Assembly: GCA_947632715.1 (NCBI GenBank)
Contig: CANRQF010000002.1
Span: 1-48,113 of the forward strand
Origin: an uncultured Bacilli bacterium
GTDB lineage: Bacteria; Bacillota_I; Bacilli_A; RF39; UBA660
Direction of reading: 5' to 3'
DNA: 48,113 nucleotides
The notes beneath the pieces are model-generated. The model did not search any database, was not told the origin of the DNA, and worked only from the letters and a program-made list of their open reading frames with translations. Made by a program: the position numbers and the translations under genes. Numbering within the stretch: the stretch's first letter is position 1; each line of letters begins with the position of its first letter. Of the stretch, positions 19,630 to 28,929 are shown piece after piece.

Positions 19630-20631
19630 ATGGAGAATAAAAAGAAATTTATAATAGTATTAATAGTTACTATTGTAATTATTTTAAGCATAGTTTTGAT
19701 TAGTATTTTAATTATGAACCATAATAATAAACAAGACGATGAAAATAATAATACAAAAGAAGAAGAAAATCAAATTGTTATTAGTAAAGATTCTATTATG
19801 AATTTAGCCCAAAATGAAGACTTAAAAATAAATACTGAATTTAATAATAATGTTTTAGTATCTTCTTATCAAATGGATAATAGTAATTTAGATATTAGAT
19901 TAATAAATGATAATGGTTTGTATTTAGTTGGCAGTAATAATCATAAAATAAAAATCAATAATTTTAAAGAAACAGTTGTTACTATTATTGATGCTGAAAA
20001 TAATTGTTCTTTAGATGATACTGATATATTAATATTAACTACTGAAGGTAATTTATATGCAATTGAACATGCAAGTGGTGCATATAGATTTAATCAAAGT
20101 TTTTATTTAAGTTTTAATGATATGACTAATTATAATTTGCGTTTAAAGAAATTAAATAAAAATTTAAAAGTATTAGCTATCACCAATATAACAGATGATT
20201 CTAGAGGTAATACTTGTTCACTCGGAAGAAGAGTGGTTTATGCTAGTGATAATAATTATTACTATTATGATACTTTTGAAAAAATAGATAATTATATTGA
20301 AAAAGAAATATATCCAAGTGTATGTCAAATAGAACCTGATTGTGGTTTATTAGTATATCATGATCAAACTATATCAATAGATAATAATAATCTAATTAAA
20401 GATATGCAAGGAAATAATATTCTTTATAAAGAACATTATATAGATAAAAATGGAAATATATATTTAATATCTCAAAATGATAATTTAAATATTTTCAATT
20501 TTAGAGTAATAGCTAATAATGTTTTACATAATGTAACTTATAAAAAATTAAAAAATGTTACTCAAGAAAATAATAAAGTAATATTTATTTTAGAAGATAA
20601 TACAAATATAACTATTGAACTAGGTGAATAA
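19630..20631 (+). CDS. hypothetical N-terminally membrane-anchored protein
   Basis: A GAGGTG RBS precedes a single N-terminal TM segment (FIIVLIVTIVIILSIVLISILI), then an N/D/E-rich linker and a domain of about 270 aa. No recognisable motif. Confidence 0.55.
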   Translation: MENKKKFIIVLIVTIVIILSIVLISILIMNHNNKQDDENNNTKEEENQIVISKDSIMNLAQNEDLKINTEFNNNVLVSSYQMDNSNLDIRLINDNGLYLVGSNNHKIKINNFKETVVTIIDAENNCSLDDTDILILTTEGNLYAIEHASGAYRFNQSFYLSFNDMTNYNLRLKKLNKNLKVLAITNITDDSRGNTCSLGRRVVYASDNNYYYYDTFEKIDNYIEKEIYPSVCQIEPDCGLLVYHDQTISIDNNNLIKDMQGNNILYKEHYIDKNGNIYLISQNDNLNIFNFRVIANNVLHNVTYKKLKNVTQENNKVIFILEDNTNITIELGE

Positions 20632-20752
20632 TTAATTTATTCATCTTTTTAAATATTGTTTCTATAATAATTAATACAATTCTTTATTAATATTTAATAA
20701 TAAGAATAAATCTTAAAATATTACTCACACTATAAAAAGGAGTGTGTAGTAT

Positions 20753-21259
20753 ATGATTAAAAGTGGAATTACTAGAAGAATTGATGAATTAGGAAGAATT
20801 GTAGTTCCCAAAGAAATAAGATATAACTTAGGAATAAGAGATGGAGAACCATTAGAAATATATACTGGCGATAATTCAATTATAATTAAGAAGTATTCCC
20901 AAGTTGAAAATATAAAGAATATTAGTGCAATTTTATGTGAGATATTCAACCAAATATGTGGAATAGAGGTCATAATAACTGATAGAGAAAAAGTAATTGC
21001 AACAGATGCCAATAATTTAAATTTAATAGATTATAAACTAAATGATAAATTAAAAAGTTTAATTGATAATAGAGAAAATTTAATTAGTGAGAAAGAAGAT
21101 AATTTATTTGATAAAACTGGTTATTTTGTTATGTTACCAATTATTACTTCCATAGATTCAAGTGGGTTAGTAATTGTATTTAGTAAAAATAATAGTAATG
21201 ACAATTTAAAATATGCAAAGTTAATTCAAAAACTTTTAATTCAAAAATTAGATATATAA
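20753..21259 (+). CDS. spoVT: stage V sporulation protein T (AbrB/SpoVT-type regulator)
   Basis: The N-terminal swapped-hairpin motif GITRRIDELGRIVVPKEIRYNLGIRDGEPLEIY and a C-terminal domain of about 115 aa. It lies downstream of mfd, as in Bacillus. Confidence 0.85.
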   Translation: MIKSGITRRIDELGRIVVPKEIRYNLGIRDGEPLEIYTGDNSIIIKKYSQVENIKNISAILCEIFNQICGIEVIITDREKVIATDANNLNLIDYKLNDKLKSLIDNRENLISEKEDNLFDKTGYFVMLPIITSIDSSGLVIVFSKNNSNDNLKYAKLIQKLLIQKLDI

Positions 21260-21273
21260 TATTATGGCAAATC

Positions 21274-21330
21274 CGGAGTATATTCCGAATTTACCAATTT
21301 TTGACTTTTTCGGAGTGAATTCCGAATTTG
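21274..21330. repeat. two 20-bp direct repeats, each an imperfect palindrome (putative operators)
   Basis: CGGAGTATATTCCGAATTTA (21274-21293) and CGGAGTGAATTCCGAATTTG (21311-21330). Each has CGGA-N6-TCCG arms. The second abuts or overlaps the -35 of the ATPase promoter. Confidence 0.4.
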
Positions 21331-21356
21331 ACAAAAAGCAAAACAAATGGTATCAT
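21328..21356 (+). promoter_or_regulatory. sigma-A-type promoter of the AAA+ ATPase gene
   Basis: TTGACA (21328-21333), 17-nt spacer, TATCAT (21351-21356). It lies only 5-17 nt before the candidate start codons, which implies a very short leader. Confidence 0.45.
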
Positions 21357-21360
21357 TTAA

Positions 21361-22575
21361 TTGGTGATGACAATGAACTATAAAAGAAACATTGAAAAAG
21401 TTTTTATGGAATACAATAAAATGTTTAAAGTAGTATTATTAACAGGACCTAGACAAGTTGGAAAAACAACGTTTTTAAAAGCAATTAAAGAAAAAAATCG
21501 AAAATATATTACTTTAGATGATTTAGAAATTAGAAAATTAGCTAATGAAAATCCTAAAGAATTTTTAGATATTTATTCTCCTCCAGTTATTATCGACGAA
21601 ATACAATATGCACCTAAACTTTTATCTTATATAAAAATAATATGTGATAATTCAAAAGAAAAAGGATTGTTTTGGTTAACTGGTTCGCAAAAAATTGAAG
21701 TAATGAAAGGTGTTAGTGAGTCTTTAGCAGGCCGAATGGGAGTATTAGATATGAGTTCTTTTTCATATCGAGAAATTATAAAAAGCAAATATCCTCCTTT
21801 TGATTTTTTAGAATTTACTAATAGAGATAAATTAACACAAGATACAATTCTTCAAAATATATTAAATGGTGGTATGCCAGAATTTATTGTAGAGCAAACA
21901 AAAAGAGAATACTTTTTTAAAAGTTATGTTACTCTATATTTAGAAAGAGATATTAGAGAATTAAAACAAATTGCCGATTTAAATGATTTTTATACATTTA
22001 TAGTTTCTGTAGCATCTAGGGCTTGTCAGGTTTTAAATTATTCTAGCATTGCTAAAGATTGTAAAAAAGATGATAAAACAATTAGGTCATGGATTAGTAT
22101 TTTAGAAGCAACTGGTATCATAAAATTGATATATCCTTATCGAAAAGATGAATTAAAAAGAATTACTTCATCACCTAAAATAATTTTTATGGATAGTGGT
22201 TTATGTACTTATTTACTAGGATTAAATAGTAAAACAGCTTTAGAAAATTATACTAATTTTGGTTTTTTATTTGAAAATTATATTATTTCTGAAATGATAA
22301 AGACAAATTTGAATTATAGTTTAGGTAATAATTTTTATTATTATAGAGATAAAGATGGTAATGAAATAGATTTAGTTATTGTTGACTATGATAATATTAT
22401 TCATTTATTTGAAATTAAATATCGAAATAATGTCAATGTTAGTATGATAACATCTTTTAAGAAAATGATGAATTTAAAAAACATAGGTAAAAGTGGTATC
22501 ATTTGTAATGAAAATATGGTTAAAAATTTAACTAATACTTGTGATATTATTCCAATTTCTAGTTTTTTAACTTAA
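21361..22575 (+). CDS. AAA+ ATPase with C-terminal PD-(D/E)xK-like module (COG1373 / DUF4143-type ATP-binding protein)
   Basis: Walker A LLTGPRQVGKTT, Walker B VIIDEIQY, and a C-terminal GNEIDLVI...(13 aa)...LFEIKY resembling D...ExK. The start is ambiguous among TTG 21361, ATG 21367 and ATG 21373. Confidence 0.8.
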   Translation: MVMTMNYKRNIEKVFMEYNKMFKVVLLTGPRQVGKTTFLKAIKEKNRKYITLDDLEIRKLANENPKEFLDIYSPPVIIDEIQYAPKLLSYIKIICDNSKEKGLFWLTGSQKIEVMKGVSESLAGRMGVLDMSSFSYREIIKSKYPPFDFLEFTNRDKLTQDTILQNILNGGMPEFIVEQTKREYFFKSYVTLYLERDIRELKQIADLNDFYTFIVSVASRACQVLNYSSIAKDCKKDDKTIRSWISILEATGIIKLIYPYRKDELKRITSSPKIIFMDSGLCTYLLGLNSKTALENYTNFGFLFENYIISEMIKTNLNYSLGNNFYYYRDKDGNEIDLVIVDYDNIIHLFEIKYRNNVNVSMITSFKKMMNLKNIGKSGIICNENMVKNLTNTCDIIPISSFLT

Positions 22576-22581
22576 AAATTA

Positions 22582-22610
22582 TTGCTAAAAAAAATAAGTT
22601 ATGATAAACT
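22582..22610 (+). promoter_or_regulatory. promoter of the T-box leader
   Basis: TTGCTA (22582-22587), 17-nt spacer ending in TG, then TAAACT (22605-22610), which forms an extended -10. Confidence 0.4.
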
Positions 22611-22616
22611 AAACTT

Positions 22617-22820
22617 AATTAACGGAGAATAAGTATTATAATTAGGAAATATTAAAGAGAGTTAATGGTTGGTGGAAATTAATATAGGAACTAATTAGGT
22701 ATGGACTTAGGAGTTAAAGCGCATGATGAGCGTTATGCATTAAAGTGTATGATTAAATCATAAATAAAGGTGGTACCACGGGTTATCTCGTCCTTTGCCT
22801 TATTTATGATTTTTTATTTT
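22617..22820 (+). promoter_or_regulatory. T-box riboswitch leader (probable Met specifier)
   Basis: AGAGAG (22656-22661), distal-loop-like GGTGGAAA (22671-22678), and the T-box sequence AAAGGTGGTACCACGG (22766-22781). The terminator arms are TCATAAATAAAGG (22758-22770) and CCTTTGCCTTATTTATGA (22792-22809), followed by a T-run. The candidate specifier ATG is at 22701-22703. Confidence 0.8.
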
Positions 22821-22830
22821 AGGAGGTAAT

Positions 22831-23316
22831 GTGGAAAGATATTTTGAAAAAATAAGTTTTAAACAATTTAAAAATGATATTAAAGATGATAAAAAATTGT
22901 ATGAAGCTTATAAACTTCCAGAAAGAAAAACGAAGAATAGTGCCGGATATGATTTTATAGCTATGGAAGATTTTGAAATAAAACCAGGTGAAATAAAAAA
23001 GATACCGACAGGTTATAAAGCAAAATTTATGGATGATGAAATACTTCTTATCGTTGTAAGAAGTAGTATGGGCTTTAAATATAATATTCGTCTTACTAAT
23101 CAAATTGGAATAATAGATGCAGATTTTTACAATAATAAAGAAAATGAAGGACACATGTATGTATCGTTACAAAATGAAGGAAAAGAAACATATATTGTTA
23201 AAAAGGGTGAATCTTATGCCCAAGGTATATTTATTAAATATTTAACTTGTGGTGAAGAAATAGATAAGAAAAGAGATAGTTGGAGCGGGAATCCAAATAG
23301 AAAGAAGGAAATATAA
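22831..23316 (+). CDS. dut: dUTP diphosphatase family protein (YncF/YosS-like)
   Basis: GTG start 8 nt after AGGAGG. Motifs NSAGYDF, VVRSSMG and GIIDADFYNNKENEG fit dUTPase motifs I-III. The C-terminal motif V is not obvious. Confidence 0.7.
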   Translation: MERYFEKISFKQFKNDIKDDKKLYEAYKLPERKTKNSAGYDFIAMEDFEIKPGEIKKIPTGYKAKFMDDEILLIVVRSSMGFKYNIRLTNQIGIIDADFYNNKENEGHMYVSLQNEGKETYIVKKGESYAQGIFIKYLTCGEEIDKKRDSWSGNPNRKKEI

Positions 23317-24875
23317 TGGATAAAAAATATTTTATAACTACTGCGATTGCTTATACATCAGGTAAACCTCATATAGGTAATACTTATGAAATTGTTTTAG
23401 CGGATGCTATAGCAAGATATAAAAGATTAAAAGGATTTTATGTATTTTTTCAAACTGGAACTGATGAACATGGAGAAAAAATTGAATTAAAAGCTAAAGA
23501 AGCTGGACTTAGTCCTCAAGAATTTGTAGATAATGTATCAACTGAAATTAAACGCATTTGGGATGTAATGAATACAAGCTACGATAAGTTTGTAAGAACA
23601 ACTGATAAACATCATGAAGAAATAGTTCAAAAAATATTTAAGAAAATGTATGATAAAGGTGATATTTATTTAGGAGAATATAAAGGACTATATTGTACGC
23701 CATGTGAATCTTTTTGGACCGAAAAAGAATTAGTAGATGGTAAATGCCCAGATTGTGGTAGAGAAGTTAGTGAAAAATGTGAAGAGGCTTATTTCTTTAG
23801 ACTATCAAGATATCAAGATAAATTAATTGAATATATTGAAAGTCATCCAGAATTTATTGAGCCTGAAGCAAGAAAAAATGAAATGATTAATAACTTCTTA
23901 AAACCAGGATTACAAGATTTATGTGTATCAAGAACATCTTTTAAATGGGGAATACCTGTAACATTTAATGATAAACATATTGTTTATGTATGGCTTGATG
24001 CTTTAACAAATTATATAACAAATATTGGTTATGATCCGGATAAAGAAAGTGCTGAATTTAATAAATGGTGGCCAGCAGACCTACATTTAATTGGTAAAGA
24101 TATAATTAGATTCCATACTATTTATTGGCCATGTTTCTTAATGAGTTTAGATTTACCACTTCCAAAACAAGTCTTTGGTCATCCTTGGCTTTTAATGAAT
24201 GATGGTAAAATGAGTAAGAGTAAAGGTAATGTTATCTATGCTGATGATTTAGTTAAATATTTTGGGGTAGATGCCGTTAGATATTACCTACTACATGAAA
24301 TACCTTTTAGTACTGATGGAGTTATCTCTTATGAATTATTAATTGAAAGAATTAATAGTGATCTTGTTAACATTTTAGGTAATTTAGTTAATAGAACTAT
24401 TACAATGGGTATTAAATATTTTGATGGTAAAGTACAAAATAAGAAAGTATCAAGCGATGTAGATGCAAGTTTAATTAGACTTATAAATAACTTAGATAAA
24501 AATGTTGAATTAAAAATGGATAAGTTAGAAATAGGTAGTGCTATAGATCAAATTTTTGAAGTATTAAGAAGTAGTAATAAATATATTGATGATACTACAC
24601 CATGGGTTTTAGCTAAAGACGAAAGTAGTAAAGATAGACTTGAAACAGTAATCTATAATTTACTTGAAGCAATTAGATTATCTGCTATCTTAATTAAACC
24701 ATTCTTACCAGAAACATGTGATAATATGTTAGATCAATTAAATATTATAGATTATACATTTAAATTTAATGAAAATAATACTTATGAATTAAAAAATCCA
24801 TATATTTTATTCCAAAGAATTGATATGAATCAAAAACTACACGAAATAGAAGAAGATAAAAGTAAAAATGAATAA
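23316..24875 (+). CDS. metG: methionine--tRNA ligase (short form without the C-terminal tRNA-binding domain)
   Basis: HIGN signature (GKPHIGNTYE), zinc knuckles CTPCESF...CPDCG, KMSKS (DGKMSKSKGN). Its ATG shares one nucleotide with the dut stop (ATAATG). Confidence 0.95.
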   Translation: MDKKYFITTAIAYTSGKPHIGNTYEIVLADAIARYKRLKGFYVFFQTGTDEHGEKIELKAKEAGLSPQEFVDNVSTEIKRIWDVMNTSYDKFVRTTDKHHEEIVQKIFKKMYDKGDIYLGEYKGLYCTPCESFWTEKELVDGKCPDCGREVSEKCEEAYFFRLSRYQDKLIEYIESHPEFIEPEARKNEMINNFLKPGLQDLCVSRTSFKWGIPVTFNDKHIVYVWLDALTNYITNIGYDPDKESAEFNKWWPADLHLIGKDIIRFHTIYWPCFLMSLDLPLPKQVFGHPWLLMNDGKMSKSKGNVIYADDLVKYFGVDAVRYYLLHEIPFSTDGVISYELLIERINSDLVNILGNLVNRTITMGIKYFDGKVQNKKVSSDVDASLIRLINNLDKNVELKMDKLEIGSAIDQIFEVLRSSNKYIDDTTPWVLAKDESSKDRLETVIYNLLEAIRLSAILIKPFLPETCDNMLDQLNIIDYTFKFNENNTYELKNPYILFQRIDMNQKLHEIEEDKSKNE

Positions 24876-25632
24876 TTATTTTACAGATAGTCATTGTCAT
24901 ATTTATAGTGAGTATTATGATAATATAGATGAAGTAATTAAACTCGCAGAAAATAATAATGTTAAAAGATTTATTAATAATGGAACAGATAGAAATTCTA
25001 ATATAGAAGTATTAAATTTAATAAATAAATATCCAAATATGTATGGTGCTATTGGCATCCATCCTGAAAATGTTCATGAATATACGATGGAAGATATTAA
25101 ATTTATTGAAGATAATTTAAATAATAAAAAAGTAATAGCTATCGGGGAAATAGGCCTTGATTATCATTACACAAAAGAAGATAAAGAAGATCAAATTAAA
25201 CTATTGGAATTACAATTATCTTTAGCAGAAAAATATAATATACCTGTAATTATTCATAGTAGAGATGCAACTTTAGATACACTTAATACTTTAAAAAAAT
25301 ATCATGTAAAAGGGATAATTCATTCATTTTCCGGAAGTATTGAAACCGCTAGAGAATATATTAAAATGGGCTACTTACTTGGTATTAATGGGGTAATAAC
25401 ATTTAAAAATGCTAATTTAAAAGATGTGTATAAAGATATAGAGTTAGAAAACATCGTATTAGAAACGGATTCACCATATTTAACTCCAGAACCTTTTAGA
25501 GGAAAACAAAATAATCCTAGTTATATTTATAATATCGCTACTTTTGTTGCCAATTTAAAAAATATTTCTTTAGAAGAGCTAGCAAGTATTACTAATAATA
25601 ATTTAAATAAAGTATTTAATGTTGATAACTAA
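24868..25632 (+). CDS. tatD: TatD-family metal-dependent DNase/hydrolase (YabD)
   Basis: DSHCHI, IGEIGLDYH, IIHSR, IHSFSG, LETDSPYL. It follows metG, as in Bacillus. Confidence 0.9.
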   Translation: MNNYFTDSHCHIYSEYYDNIDEVIKLAENNNVKRFINNGTDRNSNIEVLNLINKYPNMYGAIGIHPENVHEYTMEDIKFIEDNLNNKKVIAIGEIGLDYHYTKEDKEDQIKLLELQLSLAEKYNIPVIIHSRDATLDTLNTLKKYHVKGIIHSFSGSIETAREYIKMGYLLGINGVITFKNANLKDVYKDIELENIVLETDSPYLTPEPFRGKQNNPSYIYNIATFVANLKNISLEELASITNNNLNKVFNVDN

Positions 25633-25651
25633 ATGGTTATCAACATTTTTT
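25618..25651 (+). terminator. rho-independent terminator overlapping the tatD stop
   Basis: 12-bp stem AATGTTGATAAC (25618-25629) / GTTATCAACATT (25636-25647), followed by a T-run. Confidence 0.65.
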
Positions 25652-25674
25652 AAGTGTTAAATTAATGACATTTT

Positions 25675-25703
25675 TTGACAAATAATACTAATTTAGTTAT
25701 AAT
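25675..25703 (+). promoter_or_regulatory. consensus sigma-A promoter
   Basis: Perfect TTGACA (25675-25680), 17-nt spacer, perfect TATAAT (25698-25703), upstream of the 3D-domain gene. Confidence 0.6.
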
Positions 25704-25728
25704 CATTTATAGATAAGGAAGATGAATA

Positions 25729-26271
25729 ATGAAAAGAAAGTTTATTATACTAATTCAATTTAATATTATTATTCTTTTTGTTATTTTAGCAGGTAATTAT
25801 ATTCCTTTAATTGAAAATAAAATATATAGTGATAATATAAATAAAAATGTTAATTTATCTACTATGGCATTAAAATTAGATGAATTTAAAGAAAATGATA
25901 TATATAGTGCAAAAGATACATATACTGGTGATTTAACAGGTTATGTTTATAATTGTCCTTTGTGTAGTGGTCATTTAGGATGCTTATATAGGTATGACAT
26001 ATCTGATGGTAAAAATACTTATGATGATGAAACATATGGTACAGTTAATATTGTAGCGTCTTCAACTAATTTAGCTTGTGGAACTATTGTCAGATTTAAT
26101 ACAAGTAGAATATCTGATGAACCAATATATGCCATAGTCTTAGATAGAGGAGTAGCAGGTAATGCTTTAGACTTTTTAAGTCCGGATTTAGATTATGCTT
26201 TAAATTTAGGTAGAAGTATTATAACTTATGATGTTCTTAGAAATGGTTGGGGGAATAAAGTTGAAGGCTAA
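25729..26271 (+). CDS. 3D-domain (RlpA/MltA-like double-psi beta-barrel) cell-wall protein, YabE-like
   Basis: An N-terminal TM anchor. TGDLTGY...CPLCSG...GTVNIVASS...CGTIVRF...YAIVLDRGVAGNALD resembles the 3D domain. Its position between tatD and rsmA matches yabE. Confidence 0.6.
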   Translation: MKRKFIILIQFNIIILFVILAGNYIPLIENKIYSDNINKNVNLSTMALKLDEFKENDIYSAKDTYTGDLTGYVYNCPLCSGHLGCLYRYDISDGKNTYDDETYGTVNIVASSTNLACGTIVRFNTSRISDEPIYAIVLDRGVAGNALDFLSPDLDYALNLGRSIITYDVLRNGWGNKVEG

Positions 26272-27031
26272 AAAAAGTTTAGGTCAAAATTTTTTAATAG
26301 ATAATAATATTATAAAACGAATTAGTGATTCTATTTCAGCGGGTGAAAATGATTTAATAATTGAAATAGGTCCTGGAATGGGTGCTCTTACTAAATATTT
26401 AAAGGATAAAAATGCATACTTAATTTGTTATGAAATTGACGAAGATTTAAAAAATTATTTAAATTCTTTAAATGATAGTAAAACTCAAATAATCTATAAT
26501 GATATTTTAAAAAGTGATATTAAAAATGATATAAAAAATATTAATTATAATAATTTATATATAGTTGGTAATTTACCATATTATATTACAACACCAATTA
26601 TAAAGTGTTTAATAAGTATGGATTTAGATATTAAAGAGATGGTTTTCATGGTTCAAGAAGAAGTTGCAGATCGTTTTACTGCTAAGGAAAAACATAAAGA
26701 ATATGGAAGCATTACATTATATTTAAAATATTATTTTGATTTATATAAACTATTTAATGTTAGTAAAAAGTGTTTTCAACCAATTCCTAAAGTTGATAGT
26801 GCTGTTATAAAATTGATAAAAAGAAATACTAAAATAAATGTCGATAAAAATAAATATTTTAAATTAATTGAAGATAGTTTTAAAATGAAAAGAAAAACTT
26901 TAAAAAATAATTTAAATAATTATGATTTTAATAAAGTTAGTGAAGTATTAGCTAAATATAACTTAAATGAAAATGTTAGAGCTGAAGAAATATCTGAAGA
27001 AGTATTTGTAGATATTTGTAATAACCTATAA
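26228..27031 (+). CDS. rsmA: 16S rRNA (adenine1518/1519-N6)-dimethyltransferase
   Basis: KKSLGQNFL, EIGPGMGALT, GNLPYYITTPI. The real start is probably internal, at TTG 26261 after GGGGGA or at ATG 26243. Confidence 0.9.
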   Translation: MMFLEMVGGIKLKAKKSLGQNFLIDNNIIKRISDSISAGENDLIIEIGPGMGALTKYLKDKNAYLICYEIDEDLKNYLNSLNDSKTQIIYNDILKSDIKNDIKNINYNNLYIVGNLPYYITTPIIKCLISMDLDIKEMVFMVQEEVADRFTAKEKHKEYGSITLYLKYYFDLYKLFNVSKKCFQPIPKVDSAVIKLIKRNTKINVDKNKYFKLIEDSFKMKRKTLKNNLNNYDFNKVSEVLAKYNLNENVRAEEISEEVFVDICNNL

Positions 27032-27140
27032 ATAATAACTTATGTTACTAAGTCCATTTTCAAGTTAATGTTAATTAAATAAAAAATATTATAGAAAATT
27101 TATTAAAGTATGATAATATTATTATAGAAAGGATACTAGT

Positions 27141-27824
27141 ATGGAAAATAGTAATATAAATAAAAGTTTAATTATAGTAGTAATAGTAGTAGCATTATGT
27201 TCTAGTATTATAGGTTCAATTATTGGAGCAAATTTTGTAAGTAGAAGAAATAATATAAATGTAAATAATAACTTACCAAATAATAAAGATGAAGAAAATA
27301 ATAATACAGAAGTTGTTAAAAAGCCAAATGAATTTTTTGATAATTTATTAGAGCCATATAAAGATGCAGCAGGAGATTTTGAAATAAATAATATTGATAA
27401 TAAATTCTTAGCCCAATTTGTACTAAATTATTATGTTTTTGGGAAAAAATTAAAACTTCAACAACTTGATAACCAAGATTATGATTTTAAAACCGAAATT
27501 TCTAAAAAGGATGTAAGTAACTTAATAAATTCATATTTTTATCAAAGTAATGTAATATTAGATAATTTTGAAAATAAGGATTATTATAAACTAGAAAATA
27601 GTGGTGATAAATATATTATTTATGTTAAAAATACTGATTATGATTTTGCTGATATGACTATAACTAATGTATCTTATAATGGTAATGAAATAACAGTTAA
27701 ATATACTTTAAAAATGCCATATGAACCATATGAAGAAGTAGGTAATACAGTATATAAAATAAAATATGAAAATGGTAGTTATAAAATACAAAGTAAAAAA
27801 ACAACAATGACTAAAGAATGGTAG
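27141..27824 (+). CDS. hypothetical N-terminally membrane-anchored protein
   Basis: A single TM segment (LIIVVIVVALCSSIIGSIIGANFV), an N-rich linker, and no recognisable motif. Confidence 0.5.
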   Translation: MENSNINKSLIIVVIVVALCSSIIGSIIGANFVSRRNNINVNNNLPNNKDEENNNTEVVKKPNEFFDNLLEPYKDAAGDFEINNIDNKFLAQFVLNYYVFGKKLKLQQLDNQDYDFKTEISKKDVSNLINSYFYQSNVILDNFENKDYYKLENSGDKYIIYVKNTDYDFADMTITNVSYNGNEITVKYTLKMPYEPYEEVGNTVYKIKYENGSYKIQSKKTTMTKEW

Positions 27825-27871
27825 AAATACTATTCTTTTTTAATTTGCATATAATTTAATGGTGATTTATA

Positions 27872-28645
27872 TTGGAAATTAATTTGGGGGATTATGTAAC
27901 AAGAAAAAGTTATAATAATGATACTGTTTTTAAAGTTATTAATATTAAAGATGATATCTATTATTTAAAGGGTGCCGAAGTAAGATTATATGCCGATAGT
28001 GTTTTTAGCGATTTAGTAAAATGTGATAAACCTAAAGAAGAAGAGATTAGTATTGATACACGAGGCATTGATATTGCTGATAAAGATTATTTTTATTTAC
28101 CTGGTAAAATAGTTCATTTAGACTCAGATGGTGAATTTTTAGATAAGTGTTTAAAATTTTATAAAAATGCTGGTGTTCATGCAATTGGTAAAAAAATAAA
28201 AGAAGAAGATATGTATGAACAAGTTGGTAATTTATTAAATGAATATCGTCCTGATGTATTAATTATTACAGGACATGATGCATATTACAAGAAAAAAGGA
28301 AATATAAAAGATATTGAGAATTATAAAAATACAAAAAATTTTATTAGGGCAATAAAAGAAGCAAGGAAATATGAAAAAAGTCATGAAAAATTAGTTATAA
28401 TTGCTGGTGCTTGTCAAAGTAATTATGAAGAATTAATTAAAGCTGGTGCTAATTATGCATCAAGTCCCAAAAGAGTTAATATTCATGCACTAGATCCAGC
28501 CATCATCGCTGTTACTATAGCATTAACCGAAAGAAATAAAGAAATAGATTTAAAAAGTTTACTTGAAAAAACGAAATATGGTAAAGAAGGAATGGGTGGA
28601 ATCATTGGTAATGGCCTAATGTATGTGGGGTATCCTCGACAATGA
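27872..28645 (+). CDS. yabG: sporulation-specific peptidase YabG
   Basis: TTG start. LGDYVTRKSYNNDTVFKV, VRLYADSVFSDLV, LPGKIVHLDSD and YRPDVLIITGHDAY parallel B. subtilis YabG. Confidence 0.85.
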   Translation: MEINLGDYVTRKSYNNDTVFKVINIKDDIYYLKGAEVRLYADSVFSDLVKCDKPKEEEISIDTRGIDIADKDYFYLPGKIVHLDSDGEFLDKCLKFYKNAGVHAIGKKIKEEDMYEQVGNLLNEYRPDVLIITGHDAYYKKKGNIKDIENYKNTKNFIRAIKEARKYEKSHEKLVIIAGACQSNYEELIKAGANYASSPKRVNIHALDPAIIAVTIALTERNKEIDLKSLLEKTKYGKEGMGGIIGNGLMYVGYPRQ

Positions 28646-28854
28646 ATATAAATTTAGTTAGAGAAAAAATAAATAGTAACATAAATAAGCGGGTTATAAT
28701 TACTGTTTATGGTATGCGTAATAAAATTACAAGATATGAAGGTATACTTTATAAAACATATCCCAATATTTTTAGTATACTAGATAATAATGTTGAAAAA
28801 AGTTTTTCTTATAATGATTATATTACGGGTGATATTAAAATAAAGTTCATTTAG
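28642..28854 (+). CDS. veg: Veg protein
   Basis: 70 aa. KRVIITVYGMRNKITRYEGILYKTYPNIFSI aligns with B. subtilis Veg [31 protein letters not shown]. It shares an ATGA overlap with yabG. Confidence 0.8.
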   Translation: MNINLVREKINSNINKRVIITVYGMRNKITRYEGILYKTYPNIFSILDNNVEKSFSYNDYITGDIKIKFI

Positions 28855-28929
28855 TATAAAAAAATAGTTGAAAAATCAGCAGTTATGTTTTAAAATAAAG
28901 ATGTGAAATCAAGATAAGGAGTGATAGTA

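Noticed and set aside
25622-25645. Inverted TGTTGATAA / TTATCAACA pair at the tatD 3' end looks like a DnaA-box pair.
   Set aside because: It forms a 12-bp stem followed by a T-run exactly at a gene end, so an intrinsic terminator is the simpler explanation. It is an isolated pair far from oriC.
27825-27871. CATATAAT upstream of yabG as a possible sigma-E or sigma-K sporulation promoter.
   Set aside because: The same string contains a perfect sigma-A TATAAT. The sporulation-sigma -35 elements are too short to call in DNA this AT-rich.
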